Source: a virus
Lineage: Duplodnaviria; Caudoviricetes
IMG/VR virus record: IMGVR_UViG_3300009124_000017
Span: 1-54,695 of that record
Length of the DNA stretch: 54,695 bases
Strand: one strand, 5' to 3'
Shown here piece by piece: positions 1 to 11,300 of the stretch; the first letter of the stretch is position 1, and each line of letters starts with the position of its first letter. The position numbers and the translations under genes were made by a program. Under the pieces are notes generated by a model. The model did not search any database. It saw only the letters and a list, made by a program, of their open reading frames with translations, and was not told the DNA's origin.

Positions 1-1386
1 AGGATCATTTTCATCAAACCTAACTTGAATAGGTTGAGATGCTCTGATTTCAACAGGGATGTCGATATCATCTACAAGAAGAGGATTACTCAATACAGTA
101 TCTTCGTCTGGAGAAACGACAGGATCTGTAGATGGTGCCAATTCTATTCTGTCAGGAACATTAATGTTTTCTGGCAACCTATCAATATTGACTGTTTCTG
201 TTTGAAGACGAGTTACTGTTCCTCCTAATCCTGTTGCTGTCACTAATATATCTATACTTTCTGGTCCGAAGTCATTCCATGGAATTGCTGGTGTGAACTC
301 TTGCTCAATAGAAACACCACTTTCTGAACTTTCATTAGGAGTTAGATTTATAGTTGCGGTATCAGTTGTTCCACCAAAATATAAGTAAGTGAGATCTACT
401 TTGACTTCAGAAGAAGCATATGTTGTAGAGACTGACATCTGCCTGTCAATACCATAATCATAAGTACCTGGAAATGTGACTGCTAACTCTGGTCTTTGAT
501 ACACAGTAATTGTAGCAGTATCACTATCCGACCCACCAAGACCCGATGCATTTAATGTATAAGTTGTAGTTGATGATGGAGATATAGTTTGAGAACTACT
601 AAACAATACTGTTCCAATACCTTGATCAATAGATGCAGAAGATGCAGAACCAGTTACACTCCAAGACAAAGTAGCATTACTACCGTTAACAATTGATGTT
701 GGAGATACAGTAAGAGTAGCTTCTACTGGTTGATAGACTGTAATGGTAACAGATGCACTACTTGATCCACCAGAGTTATTAGCTGTATATGTGTATGTTG
801 TACTGCTCCCTGGCGAAACAGTAGCACTTCCACCAAATCGGTTAGATGTAGTTAGTGTGACGCCAGGTAAAGATGCACTTGACAATCCTATTCCTGATGC
901 ACTCCAAGATAATGTAGAGCTACCAGGAGCAATATATGACGCTGGTGATGCTGATAAACTAACTGTTGGTTTAGCATAAGTACATGATCCATCATCAACT
1001 GTGGCTCTTGAGTTGTAATTTGTAGCCCTTGAATCAGTGCATCCAGCAACAGGAGGTGGTGGACATGCTCCAAGTCCGCCCCATCTATGCCTTGCCCCAT
1101 CTCTAGCAGTTCTATCAGATCCTGCAGCATTATTATAAATCGCGTTTGCGATGTAGGATTGAGTCCTATTATTAACTACCCAGTCATAAACATAACTCTC
1201 TACACCAGTAAGTCCGCCAATTGTTTCACCATATCTACCAAAATAAGCATAATAATATGATGATACGATATTGCGCTTTCCATCATTACCATCAATAGTA
1301 GGACCAGAACCAGGAATCCAAAACCTGCGTCCATAATTACAAGTGGTTCCACCATTAACAAAAAAATGTCCTGCAAGATATCCCAT
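1..1386 (-). CDS. Virion structural protein with Ig/PKD-like repeats, truncated at the window edge; paralogue of 1399..3123
   Basis: Hand-translated and absent from the ORF track: MGYLAGHFFVNGGTTCNYGRRFWIPG...GCTDSRATNYNSRATVDDGSC...TLSWSVTG...DIDIPVEIRASQPIQVRFDENDP. The frame is open to base 1 (462 codons). Confidence 0.85.
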   Translation of the reverse strand, partial: MGYLAGHFFVNGGTTCNYGRRFWIPGSGPTIDGNDGKRNIVSSYYYAYFGRYGETIGGLTGVESYVYDWVVNNRTQSYIANAIYNNAAGSDRTARDGARHRWGGLGACPPPPVAGCTDSRATNYNSRATVDDGSCTYAKPTVSLSASPASYIAPGSSTLSWSASGIGLSSASLPGVTLTTSNRFGGSATVSPGSSTTYTYTANNSGGSSSASVTITVYQPVEATLTVSPTSIVNGSNATLSWSVTGSASSASIDQGIGTVLFSSSQTISPSSTTTYTLNASGLGGSDSDTATITVYQRPELAVTFPGTYDYGIDRQMSVSTTYASSEVKVDLTYLYFGGTTDTATINLTPNESSESGVSIEQEFTPAIPWNDFGPESIDILVTATGLGGTVTRLQTETVNIDRLPENINVPDRIELAPSTDPVVSPDEDTVLSNPLLVDDIDIPVEIRASQPIQVRFDENDP

Positions 1387-2180
1387 CTGTTACACCTACT
1401 ACGATATTTGTCTTAAAGATTTCCAATTAGATTCAATATCAGGATCATCATCATCAAATCTTACTTGGATAGGTCTGGAAGCTCTAATTTCAACAGGAAT
1501 GTCGATATCATCTACAATAATAGGATCACTTAAAACAACATCATCTTCAGGTGAAACAACAGGATCTGTATCTGGTGCTAATTCTAATCTGTCGGGAATG
1601 TTGATGTTATCAGGTAATCTATCGATGTTAACAGTTTCAGTTTGAAGACGAGTTACTGTTCCTCCCAATCCTGTTGCCGTCACCAATATATCAATACTTT
1701 CTGGTCCAAAATCATTCCAATTAATAGTTGGAGTGAAAGTTTGTGTTGTTGCTGCTCCACTCTCAGAACTTGCGTTAGGAGTTAGATTTATGGTCTCAGT
1801 ATCAGTAGTTCCACCAAAATACAAGTATGTAAGATCTACTTTAACTTGACTCGATGCGTATCTTGTAGTAACCGACATTTGTTGATTGATGCCGTAATCA
1901 TAAGTACCTGGGAATACTACAGACAATTCAACAGGTTGATATACTCTAACAGTAACACTATCACTGTCTGATCCACCATTACCTGACGCACTTAACGTAT
2001 AAGTTCTAGTTGATGCTGGCGATACGTTTGTGGAACTAACAAAAAGAACACTACCAATACCTTGATTAATTGACGCAGAAGATGCATCGCCAGTTACACT
2101 CCAAGACAATGTAGTGTTATTGCCTCTCACAATAGGATTAGGAGATGCACTAATGGTAGTTTGTACTGGTTGATATACTG
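1..2180. repeat. Degenerate direct repeat of ~740 bp (1..740 vs 1441..2180, offset 1440)
   Basis: The copies are collinear; gtttgaagacgagttactgttcctcc is identical at ~201 and ~1641. The repeat encodes the shared C-terminal ~245 aa of two adjacent genes. Confidence 0.9.
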
Positions 2181-3123
2181 TTAAGGTTACCTGTTTTGTA
2201 GTCGTTCCTCCTGGTCCAGTTGCTGTGAGTGTATATGTTTTTGAGTTTGAAGGACTTACATTTACAGTTCCAGATGAAGCTGGGTTGCTGACTCCAGTTA
2301 ATGTAATACTGGTAACTAACCCACTAACAGACCAAGATAATCGTGCGGTTTCACCATTATTAATAATACTTGCTTTGTTTAATGAAAGAGTTGCAGTTGG
2401 TGGTGGCGCAGTTTCCCAAGAAATAGTAAGCGTTCCCTCGGAAGATGTTTGACCAGTATTAGCAGATCCAGCAGTAACGTAATCACTACGATATGTTGAT
2501 CCACCAGCACCGCCTCCACCGCCGCCGCCAGAGTTGTCGGTTCCTCCACCGCCTCCTCCTGCACCATTGTCTCCAGCGCCGCCTCCGCCGCCTCCACCAC
2601 CATCAGTACCGCCTGGGTCTCCACCACCACCACCGTTAGTGGGAGTAACTGAAGAAACATTAGATGCCAATCCAGAATTTGCACCACCATTTCCACCACC
2701 TCTGTTGTTGGAAGCACCACCTCCACCACCAGATCCTCCCATACAAATAACTAAAACCCCATCAATAGCAACTCCAGAGGCACCGCCTCCACCACCGCCT
2801 CCGCCTGAGTAGGGAGGATCACCAGCATTGCCACCACGACCACCAGTTCTCAAACCAGAACCACCAGCACCACCAGCAGCATTAGGAGCACTATTTACAC
2901 CATTGCCTCCATCATCTGCAACATAAAGAGTAAATCTTCTTGCCCGATAATTTTGATTGACAACAAAACTTTGTCTTGTAGTTGTTCCACCCCCACCACC
3001 TTGAGCAGCTGCGTCAGTCCCGCCACGTCCACCACGAGCACCACGAAGAGAGATATTGATGTTATATGCATCTGCACCAAGATCTAAAGTATAAGTTCCT
3101 GGCGTGTATGTATTAGAAGGCAT
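1399..3123 (-). CDS. Glycine-rich virion structural protein with Ig/PKD-like repeats
   Basis: N-terminal poly-Gly domain, repeated LSWSV..TYTLTA/TYTLSA beta-sandwich motifs, C-terminal DIPVEIRASRPIQV motif. Confidence 0.8.
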   Translation of the reverse strand: MPSNTYTPGTYTLDLGADAYNINISLRGARGGRGGTDAAAQGGGGGTTTRQSFVVNQNYRARRFTLYVADDGGNGVNSAPNAAGGAGGSGLRTGGRGGNAGDPPYSGGGGGGGGASGVAIDGVLVICMGGSGGGGGASNNRGGGNGGANSGLASNVSSVTPTNGGGGGDPGGTDGGGGGGGGAGDNGAGGGGGGTDNSGGGGGGGAGGSTYRSDYVTAGSANTGQTSSEGTLTISWETAPPPTATLSLNKASIINNGETARLSWSVSGLVTSITLTGVSNPASSGTVNVSPSNSKTYTLTATGPGGTTTKQVTLTVYQPVQTTISASPNPIVRGNNTTLSWSVTGDASSASINQGIGSVLFVSSTNVSPASTRTYTLSASGNGGSDSDSVTVRVYQPVELSVVFPGTYDYGINQQMSVTTRYASSQVKVDLTYLYFGGTTDTETINLTPNASSESGAATTQTFTPTINWNDFGPESIDILVTATGLGGTVTRLQTETVNIDRLPDNINIPDRLELAPDTDPVVSPEDDVVLSDPIIVDDIDIPVEIRASRPIQVRFDDDDPDIESNWKSLRQIS

Positions 3124-3124
3124 C

Positions 3125-4015
3125 TTAGAACTTAATAATGTAACTTACAATAATAAATGGAGTCGATACGTTGTCTAATTTTTTAATATCTTCAACTCCA
3201 ATATTCAAAGTGGTATATACACCATCGGCAGGAATATCAAATGTAGAATGTTGATATTGGAAGTTGTGAGTATAAGTTACTGGTTTTGTAATTTTATGAG
3301 AGTGAGTAGATAGAATTGTAGAGTTAACGTCTGAAATTTCAAGAATGTTTCCTGCACCAGAGTTTCCGCTAAAATTTCCACCATCTTTACCATCACCGCC
3401 TGTCTGGTGTTGTGCAGAATAGTTTACATATCCAACACCAGTAACATTGTGAGCATGACCCTGAAAGTTTTCAATGTCCAAGGTTGTTTCCGAAGAAATT
3501 GTCTCAAACACATATTTTGGGTTGGAGTTAAAATCGTAATTTGTTTGAATTGGATTACCGATAAAATTTCCTACAAAATCACATCGAAGAGAGTTTCCTT
3601 CGTTACTAAAAACTTCAACTTCTGGTCCAACTCTATTAGAACCATCCTGTTCTGTTAGGTCATTAAAATACTGCCCAACTGATCTGTTGGGAATTAATAC
3701 TTTAGATCCTAAGTCGGGGAGTTGAAACTGCCCAAGTTCTCCCGTTTCAGTATTTTCTTGCCTAAGAGTTACACTTTCTTTTTTGAACTTACTTTCATCA
3801 CCAACACCAAGAACTTCACCTAATGCATAGTATTCACTTTTATTCTGAATAGATCCGTCACATTTTAAATAACCAGCAGGAATGTGCTGTTTAAATGTGT
3901 CTGTGTTTGGATCATTAGATCCTTGAATATACGGAGTCGCATGAACTTGAATGGACCCCACGCATCCACCAAACTTTCCTTTGATTTGAGTGTAGTTATT
4001 GGTATTTGCTGCCAT
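3125..4015 (-). CDS. Phage tail-collar domain protein (short tail fibre/baseplate associated)
   Basis: PAGYLKCDGS...YYALGEVLG...FQLPDL collar motif, HxH motifs, C-terminal PFIIVSYIIKF. Confidence 0.75.
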   Translation of the reverse strand: MAANTNNYTQIKGKFGGCVGSIQVHATPYIQGSNDPNTDTFKQHIPAGYLKCDGSIQNKSEYYALGEVLGVGDESKFKKESVTLRQENTETGELGQFQLPDLGSKVLIPNRSVGQYFNDLTEQDGSNRVGPEVEVFSNEGNSLRCDFVGNFIGNPIQTNYDFNSNPKYVFETISSETTLDIENFQGHAHNVTGVGYVNYSAQHQTGGDGKDGGNFSGNSGAGNILEISDVNSTILSTHSHKITKPVTYTHNFQYQHSTFDIPADGVYTTLNIGVEDIKKLDNVSTPFIIVSYIIKF

Positions 4016-4016
4016 C

Positions 4017-5342
4017 TTAGTAAGCTCTAATTAGGTAAAGAGTAGTAACTCCTGGTTGAGTTGTGTTGAAGTTAACTTGTAGAACTCCCTGATTTCTTGT
4101 ATTATCCAAGTTTAGGTTAGAAGCAGGAGCAGTAACATTAACGTTAATAGTAGTATTTGGTCTTAATCCAGATACATCAAAATTAACATCAAACTCATCA
4201 TGAGTATGAGTTCTAATTACATCAGATACACCAGCAGACTGTGTTGTTCTTGTAAAATCCCATCCTTGGTTTGAGTTAAAAGTATCATAAGTTGTTGCTG
4301 TATTTGCATCAGGATAGAAGTTTGTATATCCTGTTGGAATAGTAACTTCATTTCCACCTAATCCATATTTAACAGTTCTTGCTTCACCATCTCCAGAATT
4401 ATAACCAGAAATGCCACCAGACCAAGCATTAACTCCAGAAGTACCATTAATATTTCTAAGATTACTTGGTTCTGTGTAATCTTCTTTAATAGGATTCCAA
4501 ATTAAATTTTGTGGAGTAAAGTTGACAGGTGGGTTTTCTGCATTGATACCACCAACTGTTCTTCCTGGTCTTCCTCCACCAAAACCATTTGGACCTCTGC
4601 CGAAACCAGTGGTACTAAAAGACACAAACAGTTCGTCACCCTGGGGTCCTGGTTCTTCGTCTTTAACTGCTAATCCAAAGTCATACTGAATTGTACTCCA
4701 TGGAATAACACCATCTCCAGGTTGAGTTTGTGGGTTTGGATCAATAGAAGCAACGTTTCTTCCTCCATGTTTGTGACTTCTTAAGTGACCTCTTCCGAGT
4801 TTTCTTGGACCAAAATACATTATTTTTGATCCCTGTGCAGAACCATCAGCAATAGTATTTCCTCTCAGTCTTCCACTGTAATATGGATTGCCATCTGGAG
4901 TTTGATTTCTTTCATTCAAAGTAAAAATAACATCTGTTGCGATGTCATTCCATGTTGTATTAATACCATTATCAGTATTAGGACCAATATAGGGAGTAAC
5001 TTCAGCAGCTGCAATATTGTCTGTGTGTGCATCTGCATCCACTTCAATTGGAGAACTTGATCCAAAATACGAAGTTTCAATATCACATAATGGTCTATTC
5101 AAGATTGACGGAAGAACAATATTTCCTGTGTAGTTAGGGAAGACACCATTGAATGTTGATGTCGTCCCTGAGTTATAAGTATCTTGCATTGCTCTTGCAA
5201 GAAGAGGATAATCAACGGCAGGAATTGCTGATCCATCACAAATAATCCACCCAGCAGGAATGGACGAGATGTTACCCGTCCACGGCATGATAGTGCCTAT
5301 TGCTGCTGCCCTTGCTGTTTTTGATTCCTGATAGAATGGCAT
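4017..5342 (-). CDS. Phage tail-collar domain protein
   Basis: IGTIMPWTG..IPAGWIICDGS...YPLLA collar motif, SHKH and THTH motifs, C-terminal YLIRAY. Confidence 0.8.
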   Translation of the reverse strand: MPFYQESKTARAAAIGTIMPWTGNISSIPAGWIICDGSAIPAVDYPLLARAMQDTYNSGTTSTFNGVFPNYTGNIVLPSILNRPLCDIETSYFGSSSPIEVDADAHTDNIAAAEVTPYIGPNTDNGINTTWNDIATDVIFTLNERNQTPDGNPYYSGRLRGNTIADGSAQGSKIMYFGPRKLGRGHLRSHKHGGRNVASIDPNPQTQPGDGVIPWSTIQYDFGLAVKDEEPGPQGDELFVSFSTTGFGRGPNGFGGGRPGRTVGGINAENPPVNFTPQNLIWNPIKEDYTEPSNLRNINGTSGVNAWSGGISGYNSGDGEARTVKYGLGGNEVTIPTGYTNFYPDANTATTYDTFNSNQGWDFTRTTQSAGVSDVIRTHTHDEFDVNFDVSGLRPNTTINVNVTAPASNLNLDNTRNQGVLQVNFNTTQPGVTTLYLIRAY

Positions 5343-5347
5343 TTAAA

Positions 5348-8300
5348 TTATACCTCGATTAGATACCAACCTGCCTTCGATGCAGGTGCTCCTGGGTTAC
5401 CATCAGCAGTTGATGTTCCAGCATATACAAGTGCAAATGCCGCATTAGGAGTCTGAACAACCAGTTCACCACCACTATGGGTAGAAGTATACTGAGAAGT
5501 TGGTACACCTCCTAACATTGCTCCTCCAGTGTTGCTGGTGGTGCCCTGAACAGAGACCAGAGATGGAGCACGAACAACCAAAGATTGATTATAAGTTAGA
5601 GTTCCACCAATATCTATAATGCGAATCATATCGCCCATTTGAGCACTTGTAGGCAATTTAACAATAGTATTACCCGAGACATTCAAGAAGTAGTTGACGT
5701 TTGCTTCAGCATTAATAACAGACTCAGCAGAATACTCCCACTTACGTCCACCAGTTGGACTGAAGTAATTAGTAATTCCAGCAATGTTAACAGAACCGTC
5801 ATCATCAACTGCAAAGACTTCAGTTCCACCCGAGTTGACTACCAGATCACCACCATTAACTTCAAGATCTCCAGTAATTTCAACAGGACCACCGAATGTA
5901 GAGGTTCCATCTCCAAGTGCAGAGAATGAACCATAGGTAGTAAAGTCACCAGAAGCATTGTTGAATGTTAGACGTGGTGTAGTTCCATCAGTTCCGAAGA
6001 TATTGATGTTACCACCATTCATGGTTAGATTACCAGTTGCACTGTCAATCTGGAATGTGGTTCTCAGTGGAACGGTATCCGAACCACCGTTTGTAATCTT
6101 GAAGAACTCAGTGTTCGTAACAGTAGAACCGTTTAATGTGATAGTGTTCTCAACGGTGAGAGTTCCAGCAATGTTAGTATTGCCGTTTGAACCATCTACA
6201 GTTAGTTTGTTGTATCCTTGTCCTACACCAAGATCTCCAGAAAGAATGGTGTCACCAGTTGTAGAATCAACTTGGAACTGAACAACAGCAGGATCACCAC
6301 CGTCGTTGACTTGCAGAACCTGAACATCAGCAGAAATAATATCTGCAATGCCAACAAATTCAGACTGACTCAATCTCAAGAAGTCTTGAGTGGTTAGAAC
6401 TCCACCGAATTCAGCAACACCCATTCTGACATTGGTAGTGCCAGCACCAAATCCTGTTCTTGGTTCATCAAGAACATCATCATTATTACCATCAACACCA
6501 GTAATAAACGATGCTGCTGCTTGCTTATTAAGTTTTGCGATAATGCAACCATCGGGGTGATCGGTCCAACCTTCACCAGTTGAAGGATCACCAGTTCCTT
6601 CCTGTGCTCTTCTAACAGCAATTCTAAATCCGTCTGAATCCTCAGGATTAGTAAGGTTAGTTAATCCAACAACACGAACGATTTCAGATTTAGCTTGATC
6701 ACGAAGACCAGTGATTGACCCACCACCCTGAACAGTTACAGAGTCAGGTGATGCAGCATTACCACGATCAAGTAAGAGTAGATCACCGATGTCAAAGTCT
6801 GTTGCATCAGGTGTGCTGATTGGCAGGATGTATACATCGCCAGGATCATTAACACCATTAATTTGAAGTGTAATGTTGGGAGCACCACCGCCACCAACAC
6901 TGGAATCAAGAATGGTCAGAAGTTCATTATCGTTATATCCTGTACCAGTGCTTACAATCGTAAGAGTTACAGTGCCATCAAATGCAACATTAACATCAAA
7001 TGCAGCACCAGCACCACTACCACCAGTTGGAAATACAAAGTTGTAGTTACCAGAAACACGAAGACCACTTGGATCAGAAGTATTAACGTTATCAAATCCA
7101 GAGATTTGACCACCACCTTGCAGGTCCGCGTTACCACCCCATGGAGCAACACCCTTAGTATCAATAACTCTACCAGTTGTATTGTACTTATAGAAGTCAA
7201 TGTTTGGTGTATCAAGAGAACCAGTGTTGTGCAGGATTGGAGTTGTAGAGAATCTTCCTCTTACAATCTCGATAATACCTGCACTTGTTCCACCATTTAG
7301 GATGATGTTAGAGTCTGCTCTCAGTGATGCTTGAACGTTCAGTGCGTTTCTGATAGTAGTAGAACCACCAAGTGATGCAAGATTTAAGTTGTTTGCACTT
7401 AAGAATGCATTAACCTCGGTCGTTCTGTCGTCGTCAAAGAGTCTTGCAATCTTGGTCTGAGAGAATAGTCTTGCAGTTCCAGTTCCAGCAGCAATATTGT
7501 AACCAATTTCAAGAGTACCAGCAACAATAGTTTGTCTGGTTCCAAGTAATGTAGATGAGTTGGTATTTTCGTATGCACCACCAATTGCAACTTCACAAGC
7601 ATTAGTTGCTGCATCATTTACAGATGCAATGTCAACTGTTGCATTAGTTGCTTGTGGATGTACACTAAACAGTGTAGTGCCAGCATTTGCACCGATTCTC
7701 AGAACTTGGTTCTGAGTTGAACCACCGATAGAGATGGTTTGATCGTTAGCAGTGTTGTTAGCAATGTTAATTAACTGACCATCACCGAACATGTTCAGGA
7801 TAGTAGCATTATCATTGATAAAGTTGAATGTTCCAGCAGTTGTATTAATGTCTCCACCATCAACGCTGATATCATCGGAAATCAGGAAGTTACCTGTAAT
7901 TCTACCATCACCAATAACAACGAAGTTGCGATCAAGTTCTTTCTCAGCAGTTAATCCAAGAGTAGTATTAATGCCAAGTCTGCCACCATTTACATAAGTG
8001 GAAGTTACTGGGGTCGTTACGTCCGAAGTAGAAACACGAAGTGTTGCTTCTCTTTCAAGATCGTTGCTGTCTCCACCAACTAACAGTGCATTGTCTTGAG
8101 GAATGAATCCTTGGTTAGCAAGATTAGTTCCAGTTAATGCCTCTCTTTGATCGGAGTTAAGATCATGATCGTCATAACGGTTGTCAGTAAGATCACCAGA
8201 AGCATTGTAAGTAGCAAGAGTTTTACCACTAATGAATGCTGTACCAACAACATCAAGGTTGGCACGGGGATCAGTAAACTCGTCAACGTTACCTGTTAGA

Positions 8301-11300
8301 ACGGCAGCATGATTTGATCTTGCGATAGTGTTAATACCAAGTCTCAAATCACCTCTAACATCGGTAATCGTTCTGATTGCTTCAGCACCAAGAACACCAA
8401 CTTCTTTCCAGTTAGAAGCAGATGCAAAAATGTCTGCACCAGTGCCTTCATCTGCCCAGGAATAGGTAATACCAGTTGTTAGAGCATTTGCAATAGTGAA
8501 CTGGAATGATGTACCATTTGGATCAAATCCATCAGCACGAACGTTCCAAGTTCCATTAACAACAGGGTTGCTAAAGTTAACAACTCTAATCTTAGTATTG
8601 ACACCAACACCAGCACTGGAGTTAGTTACAGTAGCAATCCAGTTGACAGTTAGATTCAGTGATCCATCAGTTGTAATATTAAATACTTGACTTTCAATAG
8701 AGTTGTACTGGTTAGAGTAGATCCAACCAAGTGAACCAGATCTGTTGACAGAGCTTCCTTTGAACAGAATGTCTCCTGGTTGTGGTGCATTTCCTGCACC
8801 ATACTCAACTTCCTGAGAAGTATAATACTGCTGTCCAGTAGGTTGCCAGGGAACAATGTTAGATGGTTCTCCAGCAAGATAGTTAGTTCTGAAGGAGTAT
8901 GATTGACCTGCTTCACCACCCAGTTTAGGACGTGCGTTTAGGATGAATACTGCAGACTTAATTCTATTTTCTGCAATAACAATGTCACCATCAACAACGT
9001 TTCTCCATGAACCACGGAAGAGTGTTTGATCATCGCCAGTTTCAATCTTAGACTGAACACGAAGCGCATCGCCTTCTGCTGGTTCTACATTAATCTCAAC
9101 AGGACCGTTGAGAGTTGCCTTGCCTGCAACTGTGATTGTATTGTTGAACGTTACAGGCGAATCAAACGTCGTAACGAGTGAACCGATATCCTCATCCTCG
9201 TCCTCAGAATCAAGAAGTTCTGCAGATTCAAGGAATGTCTCTTCGCCTGTAATAGCGTTGACTTTCTTGTTACCGATGTAGAGGTCACCATTGCTGTTCA
9301 GACCCGTGTAGAAGACGATACCACCGTCTTCACGCTTCGCTTGAGCATAGAAGTCCTGTTTGTCAGTTAAGACGACTTCCTGGCGCAGTGGGAAACCAGT
9401 GGAGTAGTTACCAGGACCGAAACCAAGGTATTCAAACGTGTGGTTACCAGATCTTGCAATCGAAGGACGACGCAGTTCAAGGTAAAGTTTACGCTCAGTT
9501 GGGAACTGAGAGTCACCAGAGATAGGAATTAGTCTATCTTCAGAACCTGAAGTTGCGTTACCTTCCTGTGCTCTGATTCTGTTATCGATGATGTCACCGT
9601 TAGAATCAGTTGTGTTGTTAGTGTAAGTGAAGTAGTTTAATGCAGAAGTCTTAATGATGTCTTCAATACCTTCCTTAGTTTCACTACCCTTAGCATCATT
9701 AACAGTAACTAAACCGTGAACATAGTTGTCAGCAGCAGAGTATGTCTGAGGAACATCCAGAACAGATGTGTCTCTTGTTCCTGTCAAACCATCATATTGG
9801 AACCACAGTGGGTCGTTCTTGTAGTTGATAGGATACAGTTGGGAGATAGGTTGTGAGAACTTGAAGTTTCTGAAGTTCTCACCAACACCAGATCCAGTTG
9901 GGAATGGAGAGATGTTACCACGAATACATGTTAAGTAGTAAATACCATCCTGTTGGTTAGGAATACGCTCCTGAAGCGTATCAATATCGAAAATGTAGAA
10001 TGTGTCATCAAAATCACCTTGATCATCAATATCAGCAATATAATAACCATTACCAGCATCGTCAGTGATTGTATCACCATAACCAGCAGTATAAACGTTA
10101 GCACCCTCTACTCTGTAGAGATAGTTTTCGCGAAGTGACTTATCCTTTCCACCATCAAGTCCAAGACCAATATCTGGATCACCAAAAGAGTTTGGAGTTG
10201 CAACAAGACGACCAATGATGTCTCCTTCTGCAAGAACAATTGTATTACCACCACCATCAGTAGTAGTTGCATTACCTGCAGGAGGGAATGATTGCTTGAA
10301 TTGTACAGTAGAGTTTGAATTCCATTCAATGATACCTTCAACATTCTTAAGAACCAGAGTCTTGACAGAGTTGGTAATATCATCCAATACTGCCTGAATG
10401 TATGCTGAACCCGAAGACTTGTTAGAACCTTCGATCACTTCCCAAGTAATTCTGTTAGCAGGTACACTCTGAGTAGAGTTAGCAGTAAAGTTACCACCTT
10501 GGATATTGCTAACACTTACTAAAGTAAAGATTTCATTCTTAACTGATTGATTAACGATCGTATGATCGAACAGAGTTACCTCAAGGAATTCCTCAGATTC
10601 TCCTGGGGGAATAATTTTTCTTGCTGACTGAATTGTACCAGCAATTTTTGAATCAAATTCTAGAACTTTTGGTGAAACATATGGATCATATAGATTCTGC
10701 TGTTCAGGTAGCAGATCTACAACAGATGGATCAATAGTTCTAATCTGATCTGCAATCAGTTCAGACTTAGTTAGACCGATCTGCTCACCAGCACCTGCAG
10801 GGTTATAGAATGATGCGACAGTATTTGGATTACCTTGGATTGGTCTCAGAAGAAGTCTTTGTGGAACAAGGCGACGCTTGTCGTCAGTTCTTGTCTTGAG
10901 AACAAAACCATTGAGAGGATCACGAACCGTCTCCAGATAGTTAGGAATGACATAACGCATTCTATAAACTCTATCTTCTTTCTCTCTACCATCTTCAATA
11001 CGAAGATAGCGAGTATCAAGAGTTGGGTCAGTCTTAGTCTGATAATCATCTGCTTCCTCAGCACCACCATGGAATCTGGAAAGAATGCTATATCTGTTAT
11101 AACCAGTGGATCCAACAGTAGACTCATCTTCTACATTAACATACCATAGACCAGTTGTATTGACATCAGAAGTAAACTCAGGGTCAAATCTAATTGGAGA
11201 CTCACGCTTATCAGCAAATACGAAGAAGTTTACACCAGTGCCGCTAACAAATGTAAGTGCTCTATCACCAGATTCTGCATCAGCAGCAGTTGTGTGTAGA

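Noticed and set aside
1-2180. Template/variable repeat pair of a diversity-generating retroelement
   Set aside because: Both copies are coding, differences are not adenine-specific, and there is no reverse transcriptase in the window
2534-2812. Poly-proline ORF on the + strand
   Set aside because: Antisense shadow of the poly-glycine (GGN) codons of 1399..3123
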